Of a stretch of DNA of 64,000 bases, positions 49,273 through 58,923 are shown in pieces. The notes beneath the pieces are model-generated. The model was not told the origin of the DNA, did no database searches, and saw only the letters and a program-made list of their open reading frames with translations. Both the position numbers and the translations under genes were made by a program. Positions within the stretch are counted from its first letter, which is position 1; the number at the start of each line of letters is the position of its first letter. Location: contig CAKPPO010000005.1 in NCBI GenBank assembly GCA_934177725.1, positions 94 to 64,093 of the forward strand, written 5' to 3'. Source of the stretch: an uncultured Clostridia bacterium. Lineage in GTDB: Bacteria; Bacillota; Clostridia; TANB77; CAG-508.

Positions 49273-49309
49273 TTTTACCAGTTTATTTTGTCTAATTTTG
49301 AGCATTCTA
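49273..49309 (+). promoter_or_regulatory. forespore-type promoter candidate for SASP gene 2
   Basis: TTTTACCAGTTTATTTT...TTGAGCATTCTA, a paralogous copy of 48834-48870. Confidence 0.45.
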
Positions 49310-49359
49310 ATAATGAAAATAAAATTTTCAAATTTTAAATTTTCAGGAGGTGAAAAAAA

Positions 49360-49554
49360 ATGACAAATTCAAATTCAAAAGTAGTTCCAGAAGCTAAAGA
49401 AGCTTTAAACAAATTCAAACATGAAGTTGCTTCAGAAGTTGGTGTAACTTTAAAAGACGGATATAACGGAAATATATCTGCAAGAGACGCTGGTAGAATC
49501 GGTGGAAACATGGTTAAAAAATTAATCGAACAAGCTGAAAATCAAATGAAATAG
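49360..49554 (+). CDS. alpha/beta-type small acid-soluble spore protein
   Basis: ALNKFKHEVASEVGVTLKDGYNGNISARDAGRIGGNMVKKLIE. Confidence 0.93.
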   Translation: MTNSNSKVVPEAKEALNKFKHEVASEVGVTLKDGYNGNISARDAGRIGGNMVKKLIEQAENQMK

Positions 49555-49640
49555 GTTATAAAAATAAAAATTGGAATAAGGTTTAATCCCTATTCCAATT
49601 TTATTTTTATACAATGTTTATAATCTTATTTTTTAGTTTT

Positions 49641-50177
49641 CTAAGCTTCTGGTTCTACTAAACCAAAGTTTTTGCTATCTTTTAAACGATAAATTACATT
49701 TACTTTTCCAGTTTCTATATTTATAAATACTAAGAAATTATTTTTTGGTTTTCCTTGTAATTCTAATTTAGCATCTTCTGGTGCCATTGGTTTTATATTG
49801 TAGTAAATAGTTTTTATGATTTCATCTTCTATTTCATGAGCTTCCTCGCTACTTGTAATTGCTTCTTTCATTCTTATAGACTCTGTCATATTTTGTTTAT
49901 CTTTTTTAGTTTTCATTTTACGAATTTGTCCTTCTAAAATATCTATGTCTTTATCTATAGAAGCATATAAATCGCGATGTGCTGTAACAGCTCTAAATGT
50001 TTCTCCTTCTACTTTAACATGTAATTCGGCAACTTGTTCATTACCTTCTGTTCTAATTGTAGCAAGTACTTCAAATTCTTCTCCAAAATACTTAACTAAT
50101 CTTTCCATTTTTTTCTCGATATAATCTTTAATAGATTCTGTCGCTTTTAAATCTTTTCCTGTAATTTTTATGTTCAT
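49641..50177 (-). CDS. hpf: ribosome hibernation promoting factor (long HPF)
   Basis: MNIKITGKDLKATESIKDYIEKKMERL... plus the C-terminal dimerisation domain. Start moved to MNIKITG. Confidence 0.9.
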   Translation of the reverse strand: MNIKITGKDLKATESIKDYIEKKMERLVKYFGEEFEVLATIRTEGNEQVAELHVKVEGETFRAVTAHRDLYASIDKDIDILEGQIRKMKTKKDKQNMTESIRMKEAITSSEEAHEIEDEIIKTIYYNIKPMAPEDAKLELQGKPKNNFLVFINIETGKVNVIYRLKDSKNFGLVEPEA

Positions 50178-50399
50178 AAAAATCGCTCCTTTCATACTTG
50201 TTCTTTTGTTACTTTGTGTATATGTTTATTATACCTTGTTTATTGTATTTTTTCAAATATTTTTACAATTTTTTCATAAATTTCTTAATTTTATAAAATT
50301 TTTATAAACTTTTATCATATAAGACTTGCAAAAAGTACATTTTTATGATAAAATTTTATCTGCTATATATGAAAAGTAACTTAAAGGGAGGTGCAAAAT

Positions 50400-50666
50400 A
50401 TGCCAAATATTAAATCAGCTATTAAAAGAACTAGAGTTATCGAAAAGAAAACAATGCAAAATAATATGATTAAATCAGCTTACAAAACATCTGTTAAAAA
50501 ATTCGAACAAGCTGTAGCAGAAGGTAAAGTAGAAGAAGCTACTAAATTATTCTCAGAAGCTACTAAAAAAGTAGATCAAGCTTGCACAAAAGGTGTAATA
50601 GTAAAAAATACAGCTGCTAGAAAAAAATCAGGTATGGCTAAAAAACTAAACGCTATAAAAGCATAG
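50400..50666 (+). CDS. rpsT: 30S ribosomal protein S20
   Basis: MPNIKSAIKRTRV... ATG 50400 follows GGAGGTG. Confidence 0.93.
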   Translation: MPNIKSAIKRTRVIEKKTMQNNMIKSAYKTSVKKFEQAVAEGKVEEATKLFSEATKKVDQACTKGVIVKNTAARKKSGMAKKLNAIKA

Positions 50667-50906
50667 TTAAAAATAAAAAATTGTGCACAGTTTTTTATTA
50701 TGTTTTAAGATTTTCGAGCATAAGAGTATGGATTATAAATTCATGCTCTTTTTTTGTATGCTATATTAAGTACAATAAACAGCTAATTTGCTAAATCATT
50801 TTCGAAACTTAAGTAGTTAAAAATCCTTGGCATAAATTACCTTTGATTTTCATGTATATTTTATGATAAACTTAATATAGATAAATAAGAAAGTTGAGGT
50901 TATTGT

Positions 50907-51167
50907 ATGAATATAATTAATACTTTAGTTAATAAAATTAAAAATTTGGACTGTAAAACAAAGAAGATTATGCGCATAGGATTAATAGTTTCATTTGTTT
51001 TATGCTTGATTTCAACTTTTTCTCTTTTTACATATGAAACTTTTTACAGTATTCCTACTTTGTTTTATATTGGCATTTCATTGTTTAGAACTAGTTTAAT
51101 GTTTGCTTGCAGTTTCTTTATTTGTGGAATTGGTTTTGACACAATTAAGAATGAAATCGGTTTATAA
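50907..51167 (+). CDS. small membrane protein (two TM helices)
   Basis: 86-aa ORF with GAGG upstream and two hydrophobic spans. Terminator at 51179-51222. Confidence 0.5.
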   Translation: MNIINTLVNKIKNLDCKTKKIMRIGLIVSFVLCLISTFSLFTYETFYSIPTLFYIGISLFRTSLMFACSFFICGIGFDTIKNEIGL

Positions 51168-51234
51168 ACAATATATAAAAAGCACCTAATTTTGCATAAA
51201 GCTAAAATTAGGTGCTTTTTATTATAATTTTCTA

Positions 51235-52677
51235 TTATTTTTTCAACTCTTCTAGGAACATTTTATTAAGCATCTGTGGGTTTGCTTTTCCTTTTGTTTC
51301 TTTCATTGCTTGACCTACTAAGAATCCAACTGCTTTATCTTTTCCAGCTTTAAAGTCTGCTATAGATTGAGGATTTGCCTCTAATATTTTAAGTACAACT
51401 TCTTTTATTGCTCCTTCATCTGATATTTGAATCCAACCTTTTTCTTTAATTATTTCTTCTGGGTCTTTTGGATTTTCAAATAACTCTTCTAAAACTTTTT
51501 TACCTATTGCACTACTTATTGTTCCTTTATCTATTAAAATAATCATTTTAGCAAGTTGTTCTGCTGTAAATGGTATTTGGTCTGCTTCCATTTCTTTTTC
51601 GTTTAAAATTCTTGAAACATCAGATAATAACCAGTTTGCAACAGCTTTTGCATTTTTACAGATTTTTTCTGCTCCTTCAAATAAATTAGATAGATATTTT
51701 GAAGCTGTAAGCATGTTACTATCTTTTTCAGATAAACCGAATTCATTTAAATATCTTTGTTTCCTACTCTCTGGTAATTCTGGTAAATTGTTTTTTATGT
51801 TCTCAATATACTCTTTAGATAGACGAATAGCTACTAAATCTGGATCTGGGAAATAACGATAATCTTGTGCATCTTCTTTATCTCTCATAGAGAATGTTCT
51901 TCCTGATACATCATCCCATCTTAATGTTTCTTGTTCTATTTTTCCGCCATCTTCTAATATATCTATTTGTCTGTCTGCTTCGTATTCTATGGCTCTTACA
52001 ATGCTTCTAAAAGAGTTCATATTTTTCATTTCTGTACGAGTTCCATATTCTGTTGCTCCTTTTTTTCTAACAGAAACGTTTACGTCTGCTCTTAATGAAC
52101 CTTCTTGCATTTTACAGTCTGATACTTCTATATATTCAAGTATTGATTTTAGCTTTTTCAAATACTCTTCTGCTTCTTTTGCTGATCTTAAATCTGGCTC
52201 TGAAACTATTTCTATTAAAGGAACTCCAGCTCTATTTAAATCAACCAAACTTCCTCCACCAAATTCATTGTGATTTAACTTACCCGCATCTTCTTCTATG
52301 TGAATACGTGTTAATCTAATTTTTTTCTTACTTCCATCTTCATTTTCTATTTCTACATATCCATGCTCACAAAGTGGTTTGTCAAATTGTGATATTTGAT
52401 ATGATTTTGGAAGGTCTGGGTAAAAATAATTTTTTCTATCATTTTTGCTATCCATTGCTATTTCACAATTAGTAGCTAAACCTGCTTTTACTGCATATTC
52501 TACTACTTTTTCATTTAATACTGGTAGTGCTCCTGGCATTGCCATACATACTGGACATACATGTGTGTTTGGATTTGCTCCAAATTCTGTAGGACAACTA
52601 CAGAATATCTTTGTTTTTGTTGAAAGTTCAGCATGAACTTCTAGTCCCATTACTATTTCATAATCATCTCTTGCCAT
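51235..52677 (-). CDS. gatB: Asp/Glu-tRNA amidotransferase subunit B
   Basis: GLEVHAELST.TKIFC N-terminus and the gatCAB gene order. Confidence 0.95.
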   Translation of the reverse strand: MARDDYEIVMGLEVHAELSTKTKIFCSCPTEFGANPNTHVCPVCMAMPGALPVLNEKVVEYAVKAGLATNCEIAMDSKNDRKNYFYPDLPKSYQISQFDKPLCEHGYVEIENEDGSKKKIRLTRIHIEEDAGKLNHNEFGGGSLVDLNRAGVPLIEIVSEPDLRSAKEAEEYLKKLKSILEYIEVSDCKMQEGSLRADVNVSVRKKGATEYGTRTEMKNMNSFRSIVRAIEYEADRQIDILEDGGKIEQETLRWDDVSGRTFSMRDKEDAQDYRYFPDPDLVAIRLSKEYIENIKNNLPELPESRKQRYLNEFGLSEKDSNMLTASKYLSNLFEGAEKICKNAKAVANWLLSDVSRILNEKEMEADQIPFTAEQLAKMIILIDKGTISSAIGKKVLEELFENPKDPEEIIKEKGWIQISDEGAIKEVVLKILEANPQSIADFKAGKDKAVGFLVGQAMKETKGKANPQMLNKMFLEELKK

Positions 52678-52725
52678 TTTTTCCTCCTTTAACTCCTATC
52701 TGGTTTCTGTTCTTTTACTTAATAA

Positions 52726-52772
52726 GGAGTGTCCCTCTTGTTCCGATTTCGGAACAAAAAGGACCGTCCCTA
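52726..52772 (-). repeat. GGGACGG-core hairpin element in the gatA-gatB spacer
   Basis: Minus strand reads TAGGGACGGTCCTTTTTGTTCCGAaaTCGGAACAAGAGGGACACTCC. It has a perfect 9-bp inner stem, and the gatA TAG stop is its first triplet. Confidence 0.7.
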
Positions 52773-54233
52773 GTGTTCAGGTTTATATTTCTCTCTAAAT
52801 TTTGTAGCTTGTTCATAAGTATAAGCTGCATTTAATATTTTCTCTTCGTCAAATCTATTTCCTATTAATTGCATTCCAACTGGCATACCATTGCTATCTA
52901 CTCCACATGGAACTGAAATTCCTGGTAGACCTGCTATATTTATTGAAACTGTACAAATATCTGCTAAATACATTTCTAATGGATTTGAAGATCTTGTACC
53001 AATTTCAAATGCAACTGTTGGTGATGTTGGCGTTAATAAAACATCATATTTTTCAAAAGCTTTATCAAATTCTTTTCTAACTAATGTACGAACTTGTTGT
53101 GCTTTTTTGTAATATGCATCATAGTATCCTGAAGATAATACATATGTTCCAAGTATTATTCTTCTTTTTACTTCATCGCCAAAACCTTCACTTCTTGAAT
53201 TTTTGTAAATTTCTTTTAAGTTTGTAAAGTTTTCTGTTCTGTAACCATATCTAATTCCATCAAATCTTCCTAAGTTTGAACTTGCTTCAGCACATGCAAT
53301 TATATAATATGTTGCTAATGCATAATTTGCAATATCTAGTGAAAATTCTTCTACTTCTGCTCCCATTTCTTTGTACTTTTCTATTGCTTCTTTAAGTTTT
53401 GCTTTTACTTCTTCATTTATTCCTTCTCCAAAGAATTCTTTTGGAATTCCTATTTTTAAACCTTTTACATCATTTTTTAAGCATTTTGTATAATCAATTT
53501 TTTCTCTATTTTCTGAAGTAGTATCTCTTTCATCATGTCCTGCAATTACATTTAAAAGCATTGCTGCATCTTCAACGTCTTTTGTAATTGGACCTATTTG
53601 GTCTAAAGATGACGCAAATGCTACTAATCCATAACGTGAAACTAAACCATATGTTGGTTTTAGTCCTACAACACCACAAAATGCTGCTGGTTGACGAATT
53701 GATCCACCTGTATCTGAACCTAAAGCCCAAGGTACTAAGTTAGCTGCAACTGCCGCTGCAGATCCTCCTGAAGAACCTCCTGGTACTGTATTTAGGTTCC
53801 ATGGATTTCTTGTTACATGGAATGCTGAATATTCTGTAGAAGCACCCATAGCAAACTCGTCCATATTTAATTTTCCTAAATCTATCATATGTTGTTCTTT
53901 TAGTTTTTCAACAACTGTTGCATCATATGGAGATACAAAGTTTTCTAACATTTTTGAACTACAAGTTGTTTTTATTCCTTTAGTACACATGTTGTCTTTT
54001 ATTCCTATTGGAATACCTGCTAATTCTCCTTTTATTTCTCCTGCATCTATTTTTTCTTGTATACTTTTAGCTTCTTCTAAAGCTTCATCACATAATGTTG
54101 TAACAAATGCTCCAACATCTTTTTCTTTATCATTTATTCTATCTACATATGCTTTTGTTACTTCTTGCACTGTAATTTCTTTTTTGGCTAATTTCTCTTT
54201 TAGCTCATGTACTGTAAGTTCTGTAATTTCCAT
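52770..54233 (-). CDS. gatA: Glu-tRNA(Gln) amidotransferase subunit A
   Basis: Amidase signature [13 protein letters not shown] and Ser-cisSer-Lys context. Confidence 0.95.
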   Translation of the reverse strand: MEITELTVHELKEKLAKKEITVQEVTKAYVDRINDKEKDVGAFVTTLCDEALEEAKSIQEKIDAGEIKGELAGIPIGIKDNMCTKGIKTTCSSKMLENFVSPYDATVVEKLKEQHMIDLGKLNMDEFAMGASTEYSAFHVTRNPWNLNTVPGGSSGGSAAAVAANLVPWALGSDTGGSIRQPAAFCGVVGLKPTYGLVSRYGLVAFASSLDQIGPITKDVEDAAMLLNVIAGHDERDTTSENREKIDYTKCLKNDVKGLKIGIPKEFFGEGINEEVKAKLKEAIEKYKEMGAEVEEFSLDIANYALATYYIIACAEASSNLGRFDGIRYGYRTENFTNLKEIYKNSRSEGFGDEVKRRIILGTYVLSSGYYDAYYKKAQQVRTLVRKEFDKAFEKYDVLLTPTSPTVAFEIGTRSSNPLEMYLADICTVSINIAGLPGISVPCGVDSNGMPVGMQLIGNRFDEEKILNAAYTYEQATKFREKYKPEH

Positions 54234-54346
54234 CTGTTTTCCTCCTCTATTTAGAATTTAAGATTTTATTCGAAATATTATCTATTTTTTCCAACTTTTA
54301 ATATCTTTTTTAACCAAAGCAAAAGCGAGCATTGCTAGAAATTTGT

Positions 54347-54634
54347 TTATTGAATTACTTTTGGTATTTTAAACATATTTCTTTCTTTTTCTGGTGCATT
54401 AGCTAAAAGTGCTTCATTATCTTCAAATACTTTTATCTCATCTTTTCTAAATACATTATAATTTTCGTTAACTCCAAAAGATTCTGTCAATCCTTCTACT
54501 GGAGCATTATTTACTATATTAGCAAAATTTAAAATATCTTGTAAATTTAATAAGTACTTATCTATTTCTTCATCTTTTATGTTTAAATTTGCAAGTTTTG
54601 CAATGTGCAATAATTCTTCTTTACTTACTTTCAT
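54347..54634 (-). CDS. gatC: Asp/Glu-tRNA amidotransferase subunit C
   Basis: MKVSKEELLHIAKLANLNI... 95 aa. The ORF-track N-terminal extension runs through a promoter and a palindrome and is not credible. Confidence 0.9.
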   Translation of the reverse strand: MKVSKEELLHIAKLANLNIKDEEIDKYLLNLQDILNFANIVNNAPVEGLTESFGVNENYNVFRKDEIKVFEDNEALLANAPEKERNMFKIPKVIQ

Positions 54635-54688
54635 TTTATCCTCTCCATTCTTTGTTAAATTAACTTTCCCTAAGTAACTTTGGGTTTT

Positions 54689-54717
54689 ATTATAAACTTT
54701 TTTCTTCAATTTTACAA
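54689..54717 (-). promoter_or_regulatory. sigma-A promoter of gatCAB (TTGTAA-17-TATAAT)
   Basis: Minus strand reads TTGTAAaattgaagaaaaaagttTATAAT. Confidence 0.5.
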
Positions 54718-54736
54718 TAGTTTGAGTTAAATTTTT

Positions 54737-54816
54737 AAACGTGGCAAAAGGGCCAGAGGAATTTACCACATTTTTTCAAAGATGTGGTAAATTCCTCTGG
54801 CCCTTTTGCCACGTTT
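54737..54816. repeat. P3: perfect 35-bp inverted repeat with a 10-nt loop
   Basis: AAACGTGGCAAAAGGGCCAGAGGAATTTACCACAT at 54737-54771 and its exact reverse complement at 54782-54816. Confidence 0.9.
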
Positions 54817-54831
54817 TTTTAAAACATCAAA

Positions 54832-54862
54832 GGAGATAACGTTTGCTACAAACGTTATCTCC
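54832..54862 (-). terminator. hairpin downstream of the spore photoproduct lyase gene
   Basis: GGAGATAACGTTT-gctac-AAACGTTATCTCC, a perfect 13-bp stem. Confidence 0.45.
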
Positions 54863-54961
54863 CAAAATCTATATAAAAAACAATATATATTGTTTGTACT
54901 ATATATTATTCGTATTTATTAAATTTTGTGCCATTAGTGATGCAAATTTTTTGTACAAATT

Positions 54962-55970
54962 TTAAACAATATATTTTATTTCATTATCAGGAAAATACTT
55001 CTTCATCAGCATTCTTATATATTCTTCCGCTTCTTGCCTCACTTCTTTTTTATACGTATATTTTCCTCTACCTCTTCCTGTCATTTTATCTTTATCATAA
55101 AGAACTGGATTGTTTGGAAATGCCTCTGTATTAATAGCATTGTGAATATAACTATAAGTCATAAAAATAAGTTCAAAAAACACATTACTTTTTGCTTTTT
55201 CACTTAAGTTCTCTGCTAAATATTTTATCAATTCTTCATATTGTTCTTTCCAATCTTCTATTAGTACAATTGGAGCTATTAGAATTCCTACTTTATAGTC
55301 AGCTTCTTTCAATTTGTTTATTGCTTCTACTCTTTTGTTTAAAGGCGATGTTCCTATTTCTATTTTACTTATTATTTCTTGTGGATTAACACTTACTCTT
55401 ACTATTATTCTTCCACCATGATTTAAGTTTAAAATTGGATCTACCATACCAAATTTAGTTGGAAAGGTTAAATAGCCTTTATTTGTTTTAGCTATAAAAT
55501 TCTCTATTGTCCATTCTAAATTTCCCGTAATTGTATTTTCTAAAATTAAATCACTATTACTACCTATTTCTAAAACTAATTCTTTTTCACTCTCGTTACA
55601 CACCTTAATTATTTTATTTAGCATTTCTTCACGATTCACAAATAGCCTTAAATATGCACATTTGTTGTAATTACAAACTAAATAGCAATACATACACATT
55701 GCAATGCAACCGTGATGATGTATATGGTACTAAATAGTCTGATATTTTATTATTTGGTACAAACTTATGAGTTTTCCTTATTCCTATAATTAAATTTTGT
55801 TTCATATTACAAAATTCTTTATTTTCTTTTTTTCTCATCTCTTCAATATTATTATGATTTTCAATTTCTTTGCAAGGAATACCTTTCTCTCTGTATCTTT
55901 CTAATAATCTTTTCCCTAACTCATAATTTTCTGCTTCTTTTTCAAAAAAAACTTCTCTCGGTAAAAACAT
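54962..55970 (-). pseudogene. splB: spore photoproduct lyase, frameshifted immediately before the radical SAM cluster
   Basis: The N-terminal part MFLPREVFFEKEAENYELGKRL...ISDYLVPYTSS (ORF 55671-56006) and the remainder GCIAMCMYCYL...FPTKFG...(ORF 54962-55699) are in different frames. The switch is near 55711-55714. Confidence 0.7.
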
Positions 55971-56016
55971 ATCTCTCACTCCTTTACAAGATTTAGTCTT
56001 TACCAAGAAAAGTTTT

Positions 56017-56694
56017 TTATTCTATTTCTTTTGATATGAAATGTGTAAATGCCACAAGATACGCTATTGATAGTAAAAATCCTGCACATACGTCACTAGC
56101 ATAGTGAACACCTAAATAAATACGGCTTACTCCTATTAATATGATTAGTATACTTAACAATATTATTAGTGTCCATTTTAAATATTTGTTATTAATCTTT
56201 TTATATATTAAATATATGAATAGACCATAAAATGCCATACTTATCATTGAGTGTCCTGATGGAAAACTGTAACCTGTTTCTTCTACAATTCTAAATTCGT
56301 TCGGTCTTGGTCTTGCAATTATTCTTTTTAATATTTGATTGCTTGCAAAGATAATTGCTAAATTTATTGCTATATATTTGCTTTCTTTCTTTTTCCAAAA
56401 ATATATCACTGATACAATTGCTACTGGGATAATTACATATGCTGAACCTATTGTCGTAATTACTTTAGCAACTTTACTTACATTATCAGATATTGCCTTT
56501 GATATAAAATTATAAATAGTTTCATCAAATTTATAAATTTCTTGTTCTAATACATCTTCCAATATTAAAATGAATAATATTAGTGCTACTATTGATAAAA
56601 TCCATCTCTTATTTTCTTTTAAAAATTTTAGTACTTTATTCTGTTTCTTTTCTTCTATTTCTTCCATTTCATTTCCTCTAATTTTTTTTAGCAA
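56017..56694 (-). CDS. PAP2-family phosphatase
   Basis: KRIIARPRP, PSGHS and SRIYLGVHYASDV motifs in a multi-TM protein. Confidence 0.85.
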   Translation of the reverse strand: MLKKIRGNEMEEIEEKKQNKVLKFLKENKRWILSIVALILFILILEDVLEQEIYKFDETIYNFISKAISDNVSKVAKVITTIGSAYVIIPVAIVSVIYFWKKKESKYIAINLAIIFASNQILKRIIARPRPNEFRIVEETGYSFPSGHSMISMAFYGLFIYLIYKKINNKYLKWTLIILLSILIILIGVSRIYLGVHYASDVCAGFLLSIAYLVAFTHFISKEIE

Positions 56695-57337
56695 TTAATG
56701 CTTTTATTTTTATCCCTTGTTCTTTAAACATTTTTTCATGCTCTGTTTCAATGTTTTCCCAAAAATCCTCTTCACTTTCTAAATCATATGTCTTTTTAAT
56801 TAATTTAAAACCTGCTTCTTTAAAATAAACTAAGCTATCTTCAAATAAATTATCATCATCTGTTTTAAAGTATATTTCTCCACCATCTATTAAAACCTCT
56901 TTATATTTTTCTAATTGTTTTGTATGTGTTAATCTCTTTTTATGATGCTTTCCTCTTGGCCATGGATTACAAAAGTTTATATATATTCTTTCTACTTTAT
57001 CTTTTTTATCTAGTATTAAGAAAATTCTTTCTATATCAAACCTTGTTAAATATACATTATCTATTTCTCTGTTTTCATTCTTATACGTTTCTTCTATGTT
57101 TCTTTTGGCTAATCCAAGCATTGCATCTACTAAATCTATTGCTAAATAATTTATATTTTTATTTTTTACAGCAAGTTTTGAAATGAAACTCCCTTTACCG
57201 CAACCTAATTCTATATGAAATGGTGCTTCATTTTTATATAAAGTTTTCCACTTTTCTTTATAATCTTGTGGATTATCTATATAAAATTTACTTGCTTCTA
57301 GTTCTGGTCTAGCCCATGGTTTAAATCTTATTCTCAT
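56678..57337 (-). CDS. trmB: tRNA (guanine-N7)-methyltransferase
   Basis: ELGCGKG SAM motif, FCNPWPRGKHHKRRL-like motif, 219 aa. Confidence 0.9.
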   Translation of the reverse strand: MRIRFKPWARPELEASKFYIDNPQDYKEKWKTLYKNEAPFHIELGCGKGSFISKLAVKNKNINYLAIDLVDAMLGLAKRNIEETYKNENREIDNVYLTRFDIERIFLILDKKDKVERIYINFCNPWPRGKHHKKRLTHTKQLEKYKEVLIDGGEIYFKTDDDNLFEDSLVYFKEAGFKLIKKTYDLESEEDFWENIETEHEKMFKEQGIKIKALIAKKN

Positions 57338-57512
57338 TTTTTCTTCCTTCTTCGACTTTTATTTTTTGCATTTTACCATATTCTATACTTTTTGACAAGA
57401 ACACTGTCTATTTTTGTCAATATGTTTTTCCTTTATTTTCCATTTTTATATTTACATTTTTTAGGAAATCATATATAATCTTTTCAATATTATTGTAAGG
57501 AGGGCGAAGCCT

Positions 57513-57674
57513 ATGGTAACATCTCAAATTGAACAAGAAGCTAAAAATTTTATAGGTAAAAAAGGACCTAATTATGTTCTAAATCTTGCCACCAAAGAAG
57601 AAAAGGAATATTTCGAAGGAATCATATATAAGAATGGTGTTGCTAAAGCTAATATCTTTTGTTATCCTTCTAAT
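57513..57674 (+). CDS. 53-aa hypothetical protein
   Basis: AAGGAGGG RBS 7 nt upstream. Encodes MVTSQIEQEAKNFIGKKGPNYVLNLATKEEKEYFEGIIYKNGVAKANIFLLSF. Below the ORF-track length cutoff. Confidence 0.35.
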
Positions 57675-57763
57675 ATTTCTCCTAATTTTTAGTATTTTGT
57701 TCATATACAAATAAAAACACCAAGAACTTAAAATTAAGTCTTGGTATTTTTTATTTGTATATT

Positions 57764-58840
57764 CTATTTTACATATTCATTTAATTGTTTTACTCTGTAT
57801 TTTAATTCATCTAATTTATCTGTAGAAACATATCCTGGCATACCATTTATAACGTCTGGTATTCTATTTACTATAGTAGCACAAGTAAGTTCTACTGTTG
57901 CAGGTCTTGCAACTACTATTGTTGTATCTGGTTCACCTTCTATTGTCCATTCATTTTTATCATAATCTTCTTTTGAATATACTTTTCCTATACATTCAGA
58001 TTCTATTGTAATTCCTTCTTCTGTTTCAGTTGTTACTACTGCACTCATTCCTGTAGCATCTCCTGCTTTTACAGTCATTCCTAAAGTTTCTGAATATATA
58101 TCTTCTTTATATGTGTGTGGTACTGTTTTTTGTGTTTGAGATTTTACTGTTAATCCTAATTTTGAGCAAAGCCATCCATTTACATTCCACATGTATGATG
58201 GTAAATATTCTCCTGCATCTATCATTTTTTGTCTTTCTTCATCTGAAATTCTATCTACTGATGCAACTTGTTCGTCAAATTCTTGAAGTGTTAGTCCTGA
58301 ACCATGTGCTCTTGCTAATGCTATTCCATAGTCTTCTACATTGTAGCTTGAACTTCCTTTAATTTTCTTTATTGTATGTGTTGAACCACATATTGCTGAG
58401 ATTAATTCACCCCAATATATATCTTGATATCCGCTTCCTGTAATTGTACATCCATTTTGTTTTGCAAGTTCATCTATTTTTTTAGTTGCTACTGGATTAG
58501 AATTTGCTGGATAAAATGCTTCTTCACATGTAGTAATTGCATTTATTCCAAGTTTAGCACAAAGCATTAATGCATCTTCTACATCTTTAAATAAACTCAT
58601 AGTAGTTACTACTACTATATCTGGTTTTACTTCTCTTAGCATTTCTTCTGCATTTTCTTTTGAAGTTATAGTAACTCCTTTTTCTTCTCCTCCCATAACA
58701 GCTGAAATGTCTTTTCCTATAACTGCTGGATTTACATCTACAGCTCCTACGATTTCTGCTCCTTTTTCATACACATAACGCATTGTGTATACTGACATTT
58801 TTCCTGTACCATATTGTACAACTCTTACTTTTCTTTCCAT
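57764..58840 (-). CDS. NAD(P)-binding oxidoreductase of the DapB-N-like / amine dehydrogenase type
   Basis: VRVVQYGTGKMS Rossmann start. Overall resemblance, from memory, to 2,4-diaminopentanoate-dehydrogenase-like proteins. Start moved to MERKVRV. Confidence 0.5.
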   Translation of the reverse strand: MERKVRVVQYGTGKMSVYTMRYVYEKGAEIVGAVDVNPAVIGKDISAVMGGEEKGVTITSKENAEEMLREVKPDIVVVTTMSLFKDVEDALMLCAKLGINAITTCEEAFYPANSNPVATKKIDELAKQNGCTITGSGYQDIYWGELISAICGSTHTIKKIKGSSSYNVEDYGIALARAHGSGLTLQEFDEQVASVDRISDEERQKMIDAGEYLPSYMWNVNGWLCSKLGLTVKSQTQKTVPHTYKEDIYSETLGMTVKAGDATGMSAVVTTETEEGITIESECIGKVYSKEDYDKNEWTIEGEPDTTIVVARPATVELTCATIVNRIPDVINGMPGYVSTDKLDELKYRVKQLNEYVK

Positions 58841-58923
58841 CTTTTGCACCTTTCCTTTCATTTTTAATTATATATAGATTATTTACTATATAACTAAATT
58901 TATTCTTTTTCTTATGCATTATA

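Noticed and set aside
54635-54769. N-terminal 45-aa extension of gatC in the ORF track
   Set aside because: The extension runs through the gatCAB promoter and into the P3 palindrome. MKVSKEELLHIAKL with an upstream GGAGAGG is the conserved GatC start.
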